Source: Rhodobacter capsulatus SB 1003
GTDB taxonomy: Bacteria > Pseudomonadota > Alphaproteobacteria > Rhodobacterales > Rhodobacteraceae
Length of the DNA: 32,000 nt
Direction of reading: 5' to 3'
Assembly: GCF_000021865.1 (NCBI RefSeq)
Contig: NC_014034.1
Location: 2,700,001 to 2,732,000, forward strand
Shown piece by piece: positions 1 to 9,300 of the stretch. The notes beneath the pieces are model-generated. The model was not told where the DNA came from and made no database searches. It worked only from the letters and a program-made list of their open reading frames with translations. The position numbers and the translations under genes were made by a program. Numbering within the stretch: position 1 is the first letter of the stretch; the number at the start of each line of letters is the position of its first letter.

Positions 1-2
1 CC

Positions 3-1280
3 AAGCCGACGCCGATCCAGGCGCAGGGCATTCCGCATATCGTGCGCGGCCGCGACATCCTGGGCCTGGCCCAGACCGGGACCGGCAAGACCGCCGCTTT
101 CGGCCTGCCGATGCTGACCCGCATCCTGGCCTATGGCAAGCGCCCGGCGCCGAAAACCGTGCGTGCGCTGGTGCTTGCGCCGACGCGGGAACTTGCGACG
201 CAGATCCATGACAACCTTGCCGCCTATGCCGAGGGCGCCCCGGTGCGCATCCAGCGCGTCGTCGGCGGGGCTTCGCTGAACGTGCAGGCGGAAAAACTGT
301 CCAAGGGCTGCGACGTGCTGATCGCCACGCCGGGCCGGTTGATCGACCTGATCGAACGCCGCGCGCTGGTGCTGAGCGAGACGAAATATCTGGTGCTCGA
401 CGAGGCCGACCAGATGCTCGACATCGGTTTCATCCATGCGCTGCGCCGCATCGCCAAGCTGATCCCGGCAGAGCGGCAGACGCTGCTGTTCTCGGCCACG
501 ATGCCGAAGCTGATGGAGGAACTGGCGGCCAGCTACCTCTCCGACCCGATCCGGGTCGAGGTCGCCACCCCCGGCAAGGCCGCCGAAAAGATCGACCAGG
601 GCGTGCATTTCACCACCCAGGGCGAAAAGGCGGCCCTTCTGGCCGAATATATCTCGCGCCATCCGGGCGAATTGGCCGTGGTCTTCAACCGCACCAAGCA
701 TGGCTCGGACAAGCTGACCAAGCTTTTGGAAAAATGGGGTTTTTCGGTCACCGCCATCCATGGCAACAAAAGCCAGGGGCAGCGGGAACGGGCGCTTTCG
801 GCGTTCCGCGCCAGCGAGGTGCAGGTGCTGGTGGCGACCGATGTGGCCGCGCGCGGGCTTGATATTCCGCAGGTGGCGCATGTCTACAACTACGACCTGC
901 CGAACGTGCCGGAAAACTACGTGCACCGCATCGGCCGCACCGCGCGGGCCGGGCGCGATGGCCGCGCCGTGGCCTTCTGCGGTCCGCTCGAAATGAGCGA
1001 TCTGCGCGCGATCGAAGCCGCGATGGGGGCGAAGATCCCGGTCATCGGCGGCGAAGCCCATGCCGAAGGCGGCAGCCGTCCCGCGCCGGGGCGCAGCGGC
1101 CAGCCGAAGAAACCGCATCGCGGTCAGGGCCCGAAACCCGCCCGCGAGGGCGAGGCGAAACCGGCCCGCAAGCCCGATGCGAAACCGGCGGCGAAACGCG
1201 GCGGCCGCGCCGAGGGACATGCGCCCGCGGGCGGACAGGCCGCGCCGAAGCGTCCGGCCCGTGCGCAACGCGGCCACTGA
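3..1280 (+). CDS. DEAD-box ATP-dependent RNA helicase (RhlE-like), 5' end cut by the window edge
   Basis: The frame is open from nt 3 (KPTPIQAQGIPHIV...), so the GTG at 42 in the ORF track is internal. Motifs seen: AQTGTGKT (I), PTRELA (Ia), DEAD within VLDEADQML (II), SAT (III) and HRIGRTARAG (VI). The basic Lys/Arg/Pro-rich C-terminal tail is typical of RhlE-type helicases. Stop TGA at 1278-1280. Confidence 0.93.
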   Translation, partial: KPTPIQAQGIPHIVRGRDILGLAQTGTGKTAAFGLPMLTRILAYGKRPAPKTVRALVLAPTRELATQIHDNLAAYAEGAPVRIQRVVGGASLNVQAEKLSKGCDVLIATPGRLIDLIERRALVLSETKYLVLDEADQMLDIGFIHALRRIAKLIPAERQTLLFSATMPKLMEELAASYLSDPIRVEVATPGKAAEKIDQGVHFTTQGEKAALLAEYISRHPGELAVVFNRTKHGSDKLTKLLEKWGFSVTAIHGNKSQGQRERALSAFRASEVQVLVATDVAARGLDIPQVAHVYNYDLPNVPENYVHRIGRTARAGRDGRAVAFCGPLEMSDLRAIEAAMGAKIPVIGGEAHAEGGSRPAPGRSGQPKKPHRGQGPKPAREGEAKPARKPDAKPAAKRGGRAEGHAPAGGQAAPKRPARAQRGH

Positions 1281-1351
1281 GATCCGGCGCGGGGGCGGCC
1301 TGCCCCCGCCTGCCCTCTTGCGCGGCCGATCCGGCTGACGCAGAAGGCGGC

Positions 1352-1942
1352 ATGGCCAAGCTTTACTTCCATTACTCGACGATGAATGCCGGCAAGAGCA
1401 CCGCGCTTTTGCAGGCCTCCTACAACTACATCGAACGCGGCATGCAGACCCTGCTGGTCACGGCGCGTCTGGATGACCGGGCCGGGCCGGGAAAGATCGG
1501 CAGCCGCATCGGCATCTCGGCCGCGGCGACCTGTTTCACCCCCCAGACCGACATGTTCGATTTGTGCAAGAATCGGCTGATCTCGGGCCCCTGCGCCTGC
1601 GTTTTCATCGACGAATCACAATTCCTCACCGAGGCGCAGGTCTGGCAGCTGGCCCGGGTCGTGGATGATCTGGGGCTGCCGGTGATGTGCTACGGGCTGC
1701 GCGTCGACTTTCGCGGCCAGCTGTTCCCGGGCTCTGCGGCGCTGCTTGCGCTGGCCGACGAGATGCGCGAGGTCCGCACCATCTGCCATTGCGGAAAGAA
1801 GGCGACGATGGTGGTGCGGATGGGGCCCGATGGCCAGGCCCTGCACGAGGGCGCGCAGGTGCAGATCGGTGGCAACGAGACCTATGTCTCGCTCTGTCGT
1901 CGCCACTGGCGCGAAGCCATGGGCGACGGCCCGCAAGCTTGA
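1352..1942 (+). CDS. tdk: Thymidine kinase
   Basis: [31 protein letters not shown]... aligns almost residue for residue with E. coli Tdk ([31 protein letters not shown]). It has the P-loop NAGKST and the C-terminal Zn-ribbon cysteines (ICHCGKKA ... YVSLCRRH). GAAGG lies upstream of the ATG. Confidence 0.95.
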   Translation: [196 protein letters not shown]

Positions 1943-1996
1943 CCCGGCGGCCTTGAAATCCGCCCCCGCCGCGCAAATATATTCCGCAACGCGAAT

Positions 1997-2455
1997 ATGA
2001 TGGGGGCCAAGATGGCGGAATCGCTGCGACTGACCTGTCTGGCCTGCGGGCAGGCGAACAAGGTGCCGTCGGACCGGCTGGCGGCGGGGCCGAAATGCGG
2101 CATCTGCGGCGCCGGTCTGATCACCGGCAAGGTGGCCGGGATCGATCCGGCGATTCTGGCCCGGGCCGAGCGCGACGACCTGCCGCTGCTGGTCGATTTC
2201 TGGGCGCCCTGGTGCGGCCCCTGCCGACAGATGGCGCCGCAGTTCCAAGCCGCCGCGGCGACGCTTGCCGGTCAGGTGCGGCTGGCGAAGATCGACACCC
2301 AGGCCCATCCGGCGGTGGCCGGGCGCCACCGGATTCAGGGCATTCCCGCCTTCATCCTGTTTCACAAGGGCCGCGAACTGGCCCGGGCCGCGGGCGCGCG
2401 GCCCGCAAGCGAGCTTGTCGGCTTCGTCCGCGGCAAGCTGGGCGCCCGCGCCTGA
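1997..2455 (+). CDS. trxC: Thioredoxin 2 (TrxC type, with N-terminal zinc finger)
   Basis: An N-terminal CxxC...CxxC pair (CLACGQ ... CGICGA) is followed by the thioredoxin active site WAPWCGPC. It is collinear with E. coli TrxC. The start is ambiguous among ATGs at 1997, 2000 and 2012. Confidence 0.9.
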   Translation: MMGAKMAESLRLTCLACGQANKVPSDRLAAGPKCGICGAGLITGKVAGIDPAILARAERDDLPLLVDFWAPWCGPCRQMAPQFQAAAATLAGQVRLAKIDTQAHPAVAGRHRIQGIPAFILFHKGRELARAAGARPASELVGFVRGKLGARA

Positions 2456-2508
2456 GAACCCGCGCCCAAGAAGATGAAAAATTTTGTGCATCAGGGGGTT
2501 TGGGGCGC

Positions 2509-2537
2509 TTGACATCCCCCGCGTCTTGGGCGAAATA
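2509..2537 (+). promoter_or_regulatory. Candidate sigma70-type promoter for tRNA-Ala
   Basis: TTGACA (2509-2514), a 17-nt spacer, then GAAATA (2532-2537), ending 15 nt before the mature tRNA 5' end. Confidence 0.5.
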
Positions 2538-2551
2538 CCCCCCCACGGCGA

Positions 2552-2626
2552 GGGGCTGTAGCTCAGTTGGGAGAGCGCATCGTTCGCAATGATGAGTCAG
2601 GGGTTCGATCCCCCTCAGCTCCACCA
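2552..2626 (+). tRNA. tRNA-Ala (anticodon CGC), CCA encoded
   Basis: A cloverleaf folds by hand. Acceptor stem GGGGCTG/CAGCTCC carries the G3:U70 alanine identity pair. D arm GCTC/GAGC. Anticodon stem CATCG/TGATG with loop TTCGCAA. T arm AGGGG-TTCGATC-CCCCT. Discriminator A plus CCA. Confidence 0.93.
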
Positions 2627-2726
2627 AGCCGTTCCCTGAAAATTGACGTGATCGCCGCTTCGGCGGCCCATGCCTGCGGGGCGGCCCTGCCGGGATCGGT
2701 CGGGTCGGCACGACAGAGCTTGATCC

Positions 2727-2754
2727 GGCGCCGATCCGTCGCGGCGCCCTTTTT
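2727..2754 (+). terminator. Possible terminator downstream of tRNA-Ala
   Basis: Two copies of the self-complementary GGCGCC (2727-2732 and 2743-2748) can pair and are followed by CTTTTT (2749-2754). Confidence 0.35.
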
Positions 2755-2763
2755 CGGGAGAGA

Positions 2764-3825
2764 ATGGCCATGACGTCCCGCCTCGACCTGCTTTTGAAAC
2801 ATGTGACCCCGACCGCCCCCGGGATCGAGATTGCCCCCTATTTCAACCCCGCCCTGCCGAAACGCGCGGGCTGCAACGTCCGGATCTTCGACGTCTTCGA
2901 CACCGAAACCCTGCGCGCCCGGGCGCGCGAGAACAGCTTCATCCCCGACAGCCGCATCGCCGAGATCGAAGCGGTCGATTTCGTCGGCGACGCCTGCCGG
3001 ATCGGCGCCGTGCTGGGCCGCGAGGGCCTGCTGGGCCGGTTCGACCACATCGTCTCGTCGCATAATTTCGAACATCTCGCCAATCCGATCCTGTTCCTGC
3101 AGGGCGCGGCGCAGGCGCTGAAACCGGGCGGCGTGCTGAGCATGGCGATTCCCGACGGCCGCGCCTGTTTCGACCATTTCCGCTTCCCGACCCGGCTGGG
3201 CGACTGGCTGCTGGCCTATCACACCGACCGCGACAAGCCCGATCCGGTGACGCTGTTCGATGCCCATGGCTATCGCGCCCTGTATTGGCGCGGCGCGGAT
3301 CCAAGCGAGGCCGCGGGCTTTCTGAGCGAGGATCCGGCGCAGTTCCGCCCCGAATCGGAGCTGCAGGCGCAATACCGTGCCTTCGTGGCCCGGCTCGAGG
3401 CGCCCTATGCCTATACCGACGCTCATTGCAGCGTGCTGTTCCCCGAGCTGTTCGAACTGCATCTGCGCGAATTGCACCATCTGGGGCTGGTCGATTTCGA
3501 GATCCTCGAGATCGTGCCGACGCAGGGGCATGAATTCTTCGTGCATCTGCGCAAGCCGGTGGCCCCCGCCCCGCAAGACGCCCCCCAGGACACGCCGCAG
3601 GACGCGGACGACTTCCACCGCCGCCGGGCCGCGCTGCTGCGCGCCGTGGCGTTGCGGATGGGCGAAACGCCGTTCCTGAGCACGCCGCGCTGGGAGATCG
3701 CCGACCGCGACGCCGCGCATCCGCTGCGCGCGCTGCTGCAAAACCCGCGGCAGATTCTGGCGCGGCTGCGAATCTGGAACCGGCAACGCCGCCAGCGGCG
3801 GCGGGCCAAACGCGCGGCGCGCTAA
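2764..3825 (+). CDS. Hypothetical protein with a class I SAM-methyltransferase-like core (atypical)
   Basis: GC3-rich codon usage supports coding. HIVSSHNFEHLANPILFLQGAAQALKPGGVLSMAIPD resembles the post-I/II region of Methyltransf_11/23-type enzymes, but no clear GxGxG motif is present. The C-terminal part has APQDAPQDTPQD repeats and an Arg-rich tail. The RBS GGGAGAGA abuts the ATG at 2764, so the ATG at 2770 may be the true start. Confidence 0.6.
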   Translation: MAMTSRLDLLLKHVTPTAPGIEIAPYFNPALPKRAGCNVRIFDVFDTETLRARARENSFIPDSRIAEIEAVDFVGDACRIGAVLGREGLLGRFDHIVSSHNFEHLANPILFLQGAAQALKPGGVLSMAIPDGRACFDHFRFPTRLGDWLLAYHTDRDKPDPVTLFDAHGYRALYWRGADPSEAAGFLSEDPAQFRPESELQAQYRAFVARLEAPYAYTDAHCSVLFPELFELHLRELHHLGLVDFEILEIVPTQGHEFFVHLRKPVAPAPQDAPQDTPQDADDFHRRRAALLRAVALRMGETPFLSTPRWEIADRDAAHPLRALLQNPRQILARLRIWNRQRRQRRRAKRAAR

Positions 3826-5870
3826 AGCTTGCTGCCCGCGGGCGGCAGCATCGCGAAGGGACGGGCGGGGCCGAAACGGAAGCCCTGCCCCTCCAGACAG
3901 CCCAGCCCGCGCAGATAGACCGCGGCCTTTTCGGTCTCTACCCCCTCGGCGACGGTTTCCAGCCCAAGCACCGCCGCCAGATCCAGAATCGCGCGCAAAA
4001 TCGGGGCGTTGCGGTGATCGTCCGCAAGCCCCAGCACGAAGGACTTGTCCAGCTTGATGCGGTCGATCGGCAGATCGCGCAGATGCGACAGCGAGGCGAA
4101 GCCGGTGCCGAAATCGTCCAGCGCGATCCGCATTCCCTGCGCGCGCAGCCGCGTGAACCCCTGCGCCAGCAGCTCGGACCGTTGCCCCAGCAGCACGGTT
4201 TCCACCACCTCGAGCTCGATCAGCGCAGGCGAAAGCCCGCGCGCCGCGATCAGCGCCAGGATCTGCTCGGCGAAATCCATCCCCCGCAGCGAGGCTTCGG
4301 AGAAATTGACCCCCACCCGCATCAGCCGCGCCGCATCCTGCGTCAGATCCGCCAGAACCGCATCCAGCACGGTGCCATCGACCAGCCGCGCGCAATCGAC
4401 ATCCTCCAGCGCCGCCCCCCAGAATTCGGGGCCGCAGATCGCGCCCTCGCGCGTGCGGATCCGCGCCAGCGCCTCATAGCCGACGATGCGGCGGCTCTCG
4501 AGCCGCACCTTGGGCTGATACCAGGCCAGAATCCGGCCCTCGCGCGCGGCGTCCTGCACGAAGGCGATGGCAGAGCGGCGGGCCTCCACCCGGTCGCGCA
4601 AGGGCCCGCGCAGGAAGGCGGCAGAGCCCGGCCGGACCGTTTTCACCTCGGCCAGCGCCTGACGGGCGCAGCGCAAAAGCCCCTCGGCATCGGCGGCATC
4701 GGCGGGATAGCTGGCCATGCCGATGCAGGCGGTCAGCACCGTCGCCGCCACGTCGAAAGGCTGCGCCAGCGCCGCCCGCGCCGCCTGCGCCAGCCGTTCG
4801 GCCGCCGCATCGGCCTCGGCCGCGGGCAGAAGCAGCGCGAATTCGTCACCGCCCAGCCGCGCCGCCAGCCCGCCCGGACCGACCAGCCCCGCCAGCCGCA
4901 CCGCCACGTCGCGCAGCAGCGCATCCGCCGCATCGGCGCCCAGAAGATCGTTCACCGCGTTGAAATCGTCGATGTCGAGCAGCACCAGCGCAAAGGCCCC
5001 GCCCGCCAGCGCCCCCTGCACGCTGCGGTGGAACAGGCGGCGATTGGCGAGGCCGGTCAGCTCGTCGATATTGGCCGCCTGCCACAGCCGCTGCTGATCC
5101 TCGTGCATCCGGGTGATGTCATGCAGCACCCCGGCGATCCGGGTGATGCGCCCGCCCTGCCACTCGCCCTCGGCCTGCAGCTGCACCCGGCGCAGCACGC
5201 CCGCGGGGGTCGAGAGCACCGCCTCGTGCTCGAGCGGCGCCTGCGTGCGCACAAGCTGCGCCAGATCGTCCCGGATCGCCGCCCGCGCCTTGTCGGAAAC
5301 GAAGCGCGCCAGCAGCTGCTCCAGCGTCAGGCCGGGGGTCGCGGGCAGGCCCAGCATCTCGAACACCCGGTCCGAGGCCTCGATCCGGCCGGTCTCGGGA
5401 TCAAGCGCAAAGGCGCCGACCCCGGCCATCCGTTCGATCTGCGCCAGCCAGCGCATGCGCAGCTGCGCCAGCACGCCCGCCCGCGCCTGATCCTGATCGC
5501 GCTGATGCGCCCGCGCCGCGTCGAACAGCACGAAGCCGATCCGGCCCGCCTCGGACGAGAGCTGCGCGCTGAGCAGGCAATGGCGCAGCCCCCCCGCCGC
5601 ATCGGGCAGGGGCAGCGTCACCTCGGCCAGATGGCCCTGCGCGCAGAGCTTCGGCCACAGATCCGTCTTCCAGTAGATCTGCCCCGGCATCGCCAGCAGC
5701 TGCGCAAAGCCGCCCTGCCCGATCAGCGCCGCGGCGGGCTGCCCGATCCAGCGCAGCAGCGTCGCATTGGCGGCCAGGATCCGCCCCTCCAGATCGGTCA
5801 GCAAAAGCCCGCAGGGCAGAAGCTCGGCCTCCGGCCCGAACCCGCCGAAAGCATGGGGCGGAAAATCCAT
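3822..5870 (-). CDS. PAS-GGDEF-EAL c-di-GMP turnover protein
   Basis: PAS-like segments (LLTDLEGRILAANATLLRWIG; LDPETGRIEASDRVFEMLGL). GGDEF domain (ELTGLANRRLF ... [11 protein letters not shown]). EAL domain (YEALARI, ELEVVETV, DDFGTGFASLSHLRDLPIDRIKLDKSF). I place the start at the ATG at 5870 (MDFPP...). The extension to 6122 in the ORF track runs through noncoding tandem repeats. Confidence 0.9.
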   Translation of the reverse strand: MDFPPHAFGGFGPEAELLPCGLLLTDLEGRILAANATLLRWIGQPAAALIGQGGFAQLLAMPGQIYWKTDLWPKLCAQGHLAEVTLPLPDAAGGLRHCLLSAQLSSEAGRIGFVLFDAARAHQRDQDQARAGVLAQLRMRWLAQIERMAGVGAFALDPETGRIEASDRVFEMLGLPATPGLTLEQLLARFVSDKARAAIRDDLAQLVRTQAPLEHEAVLSTPAGVLRRVQLQAEGEWQGGRITRIAGVLHDITRMHEDQQRLWQAANIDELTGLANRRLFHRSVQGALAGGAFALVLLDIDDFNAVNDLLGADAADALLRDVAVRLAGLVGPGGLAARLGGDEFALLLPAAEADAAAERLAQAARAALAQPFDVAATVLTACIGMASYPADAADAEGLLRCARQALAEVKTVRPGSAAFLRGPLRDRVEARRSAIAFVQDAAREGRILAWYQPKVRLESRRIVGYEALARIRTREGAICGPEFWGAALEDVDCARLVDGTVLDAVLADLTQDAARLMRVGVNFSEASLRGMDFAEQILALIAARGLSPALIELEVVETVLLGQRSELLAQGFTRLRAQGMRIALDDFGTGFASLSHLRDLPIDRIKLDKSFVLGLADDHRNAPILRAILDLAAVLGLETVAEGVETEKAAVYLRGLGCLEGQGFRFGPARPFAMLPPAGSKL

Positions 5871-5919
5871 CACCGCGCCGCCCCCCGAATGCGGCCGCCA
5901 AAGGATCCGGCGGCGCGGG

Positions 5920-5964
5920 GTTCGGATGCGCAGGGTTCGGATGCGCAGGGTTCGGTTGCGCAGG
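5920..5964. repeat. 3 x 15-bp direct tandem repeat (GTTCGGATGCGCAGG)
   Basis: Units at 5920-5934, 5935-5949 and 5950-5964. The third has one substitution (A to T). It lies in the divergent spacer between the GGDEF-EAL gene and the FG-GAP/RTX gene. Confidence 0.9.
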
Positions 5965-6024
5965 GCCGGGCCCCGCCCGGCAGCGACCGGGGCAGATCGC
6001 CCGAATCGGCGGCGGGCGATTTCA

Positions 6025-6069
6025 GCATGCAACATTCCTGCATGCAACACTCCGGCATGCGACAGTCCT
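6025..6069. repeat. 3 x 15-bp direct tandem repeat, each unit starting with the palindrome GCATGC
   Basis: GCATGCAACATTCCT, GCATGCAACACTCCG and GCATGCGACAGTCCT at 6025, 6040 and 6055. Same spacer as the 5920 array, 60 bp from it. Confidence 0.9.
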
Positions 6070-6335
6070 CCGCCCGGGGGCCGCATCCCGCCCCCTTCGT
6101 CCTGAATATAGAAGAGTTGCAACCAAAACCTTGATGCAGCCCCAGATTGTGCAGGACAAGGCCGATTCTGTCCGGCTTTGGCCTGTCTTTCCGCCCCCTG
6201 TGTTTCCGCAGTTTCTTAAAAAATCCTTGCCGCAACCGGGGGCGGAGCGCAGAATTTTTCGCGGTGCACCCGGCGCCCCCGGTCTGGCGGGTCCCGGGGC
6301 GCGGCAGCGCGGGCCGACCCCGCGCGGGAGGGCGG

Positions 6336-9300
6336 ATGACACGGGAAATCGACCTCTCGGCCCTGACATCCGATCAGGGCTTCGTCCTGCGCGACAGCGT
6401 GACAGGAGACGGGTTCGGCTGCTGCGTCGCCTCGGCCGGGGATCTCAACGGCGACGGCCATGACGATCTGATGATCGGGGCGATCGGCGACGACCGCGGC
6501 GGGGCAGAGACCGGCGCGGTCTGGGTGATTTTCGGCAGTGCCGGGGGCGCGGCGGGGCCGATCGATCTGGACGCGCTGACCCCGGCGCAGGGGGTGGTGA
6601 TCCGCGGCCCCGAGGCCGAGGCACGGTTCGGCGCCAGCCTGGCCGCGGCGGGCGACGTGAACGGCGACGGGATCGACGATATCGTGATCGGGGCGCCGCG
6701 CAGCGATGCCGGGGCCACGGATGGCGGCGCGGCCTGCGTGGTCTTCGGCGCGCCCGATATCGGCGCCGGGGGTCCGGTTGATCTGGCCGAAATCCCGGCC
6801 AGCCGGGCGCTGCGGATCAGCGGCGGCGGCGAGGCCGATCTGGCGGGCAGCAGCGTCGCCGCGGCGGGGGATCTCGACGGCGACGGTCTGGCCGATCTGC
6901 TGATCGGCGTGCCCCGCGCCGACGCGGGCGGCACCGACAGCGGCGCGGTCTGGCTGATCCGCGGCAGCGCCGAGCTGTCGCGGCTGGGCCAGATCGCACT
7001 GACGGCGCTGCCCGCGGGGCTGGGCCAGGCGATCATCGGCCCCGCGGATTGGGATCTGCTCGGGCTCGCGGTATCGCAGGCCGGAGATCTGAACGGCGAC
7101 GGGCTGGGAGATCTTATCCTTGCCGCGCCCGGCCGCGATGTCGCGGGGGCGGGCGCGACGGGCGAGGATGCCGGGACGGCCTGGGTGATCTTTGGCAGCG
7201 CCGATCCCGACCGCGGCCCGATCGACCTGTCGGCGCTGACGCCCGGGACCGGCTTTGCCCTGACCGGCCCCGGCGATGGCGCCTTGGCGGGCTGGTCGGT
7301 GGCGGCGCTCGGCGACATCAACGGCGACGGCATCGACGACATCGCGATCGGTGCCCCCTATGCGCAGGGCACCGCCCCCTGGAGCGGCGGCGCCTGGGTG
7401 GTTTTCGGGCGCGACACCGGCGCCGGGGCGGCGCCTTTCGGCACGCTCGATCTGGCGGCGCTCGACCCGAGCGAGGGCTTTGCGATCACCGGCGCGGGAT
7501 CGAATGACGCCCTGGGCTGGGCGGTCTCGGCGGCGGGCGACGTGAACGGCGACGGGCTCGGCGATCTGGTTCTGGGCGCCCCCGGGCGCGACGGCGGGAC
7601 CGGCGCCGCCTGGGTGATCTTCGGGCGCAACGTGGCGGCGGGGGCGACGCCCTTCGGCACGCTTGACCTTGCGGATCTGGACGGGCTTGACGGGCTGGCG
7701 CTGATCGGCTGGGCGGGGGCCTCGGCCGGGATCTCGGTCGCGGCGGCGGGCGATCTGAACGGCGACGGGCTTGGGGATCTGCTGCTGGGCGCCCCGGGCG
7801 CGCAGGGCGATCCGACGGCGGCGGGGGCGGCGGTGGTGCTTTATGGCGGCAGTTTCGCCAGTCGGCTCTCGGGCAGCATCGGCAATGACACGCTCTCGGG
7901 CAGCACCGGCGACGATGCCGTGCTGGGCTTTGCGGGCAATGACCTGCTTTACGGCGCGGCGGGGCTTGACGCGCTGCTGGGCGCGGCGGGCGATGACACG
8001 CTGGACGGCGGCGCGGGCGACGACACCCTGCGCGGCGGCGCGGGCGATGACACCTATGTCGTCGACAGCGCGACCGACACGGTCTGCGAATTCTGCACCC
8101 CCGAGGGCACCGAGGATGCGGGCGGCGCCGATACGGTTCTGGCCCGGGTCTCCTATGATCTGACGCGTTGCGCGGGGGCCTGCTACATCGAGACGCTGAT
8201 CCTGATCGGCACGGGCGCGCTTTCGGCCACCGGCAATGCGCTGGGCAACCGGCTGATCGGCAACGGCGCGGCCAATCTGCTGCGCGGTCTGGAGGGCGCC
8301 GACCTGCTCGACGGCAGCGACGGCGATGACCGGCTGGAGGGCGGGGACGGCAACGACCGGCTGCAGGGCGGCGCCGGGGCGGATGTGCTGCTGGGGGGCG
8401 CGGGCAATGATGTCTACACCGTCGAGAGCGACGCCGATCAGGTGCTTGAGACCCTCTCCGAGACCGACCTGCGCGATGCGGGCGGCATCGACACCGTGCT
8501 GACCTCGGTCAGCTACAGTCTGGCGGCGCCGGGCCGCGCCTTTGTCGAGCGGCTGGTGCTGACCGGCACCGCGGCGATCAACGCCACCGGCAATGGGCTC
8601 GACAACACGCTGACCGGCAACGGCGGGGCGAACCGGCTCAGCGGCGGCGCCGGGTCGGATGTGATGATCGGCGGCGCGGGCAACGACATCTATTTCGTCG
8701 AGCGCGTCACCGACCGCGTGGTCGAGACGATCTCCGAATCCGATCTGCGCGATGCGGGCGGCATCGATACGGTGATGACCTCGGTCAGCTATGGCCTGAC
8801 GGGGGCGACCCGGGCCTTTGTCGAGCGGCTGGTGCTGACCGGCACCGCGGCGATCAATGCCACCGGCAATGCGCTGGACAACTGGCTGACCGGCAATGGC
8901 GCGGCGAACCGGCTGGATGGCGGCGCGGGAAAGGATCTGCTGCTGGGGGGCGCGGGCAACGACACCTATATCGTCGAGAATGCCGCCGACCGCGTCGTCG
9001 AGACGATCTCCGAGACCGACCTGCGCGATGCGGGCGGCATCGACACGGTGATGACCTCGGTCAGCTACAGCCTGACGGGGGCGGCGCCCCGCGCCTTTGT
9101 CGAGCGGCTGGTGCTGACCGGAACCGCGGCGATCAACGGCACCGGCAACGGGCTGGCGAACCAGATCTCGGGCAATGCGGGGGCGAACCGGATCTCGGGC
9201 GGGCTTGGCCTCGACACGCTCAGCGGCGGCGGCGGGGCGGACAGCTTCGTCTTCGACACCGCACCCGCGCCGGACAATCTGGACCGCATCCTGGATTTCA

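Noticed and set aside
2563-4395. Long shadow ORFs antisense to or overlapping real genes. Examples: 2563-4395(-), 4014-6134(+), 6216-9407(-), 11987-14470(+), 16645-18327(+), 18083-19561(+), 20392-21906(-) and 28390-30528(+).
   Set aside because: Their products are low-complexity and rich in Arg, Pro, Gly and Ala, with no recognisable motifs. Each lies opposite a gene with clear family signatures and GC3-biased codons. This is the usual stop-codon-poor artefact of high-GC DNA.
5920-6069. Short tandem repeats considered as a miniature CRISPR array.
   Set aside because: The units are contiguous 15-mers with no spacers, there are only three copies each, and no cas genes are present.
5871-6122. 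N-terminal extension of the GGDEF-EAL ORF, and likewise 6147-6335 for the RTX gene, 19496-19681 for preT and 28397-28720 for trpB.
   Set aside because: The extensions run through tandem repeats or spacer DNA, encode Arg/Pro-rich low-complexity sequence and lack an RBS. Downstream starts have good Shine-Dalgarno sequences and give family-typical N-termini.
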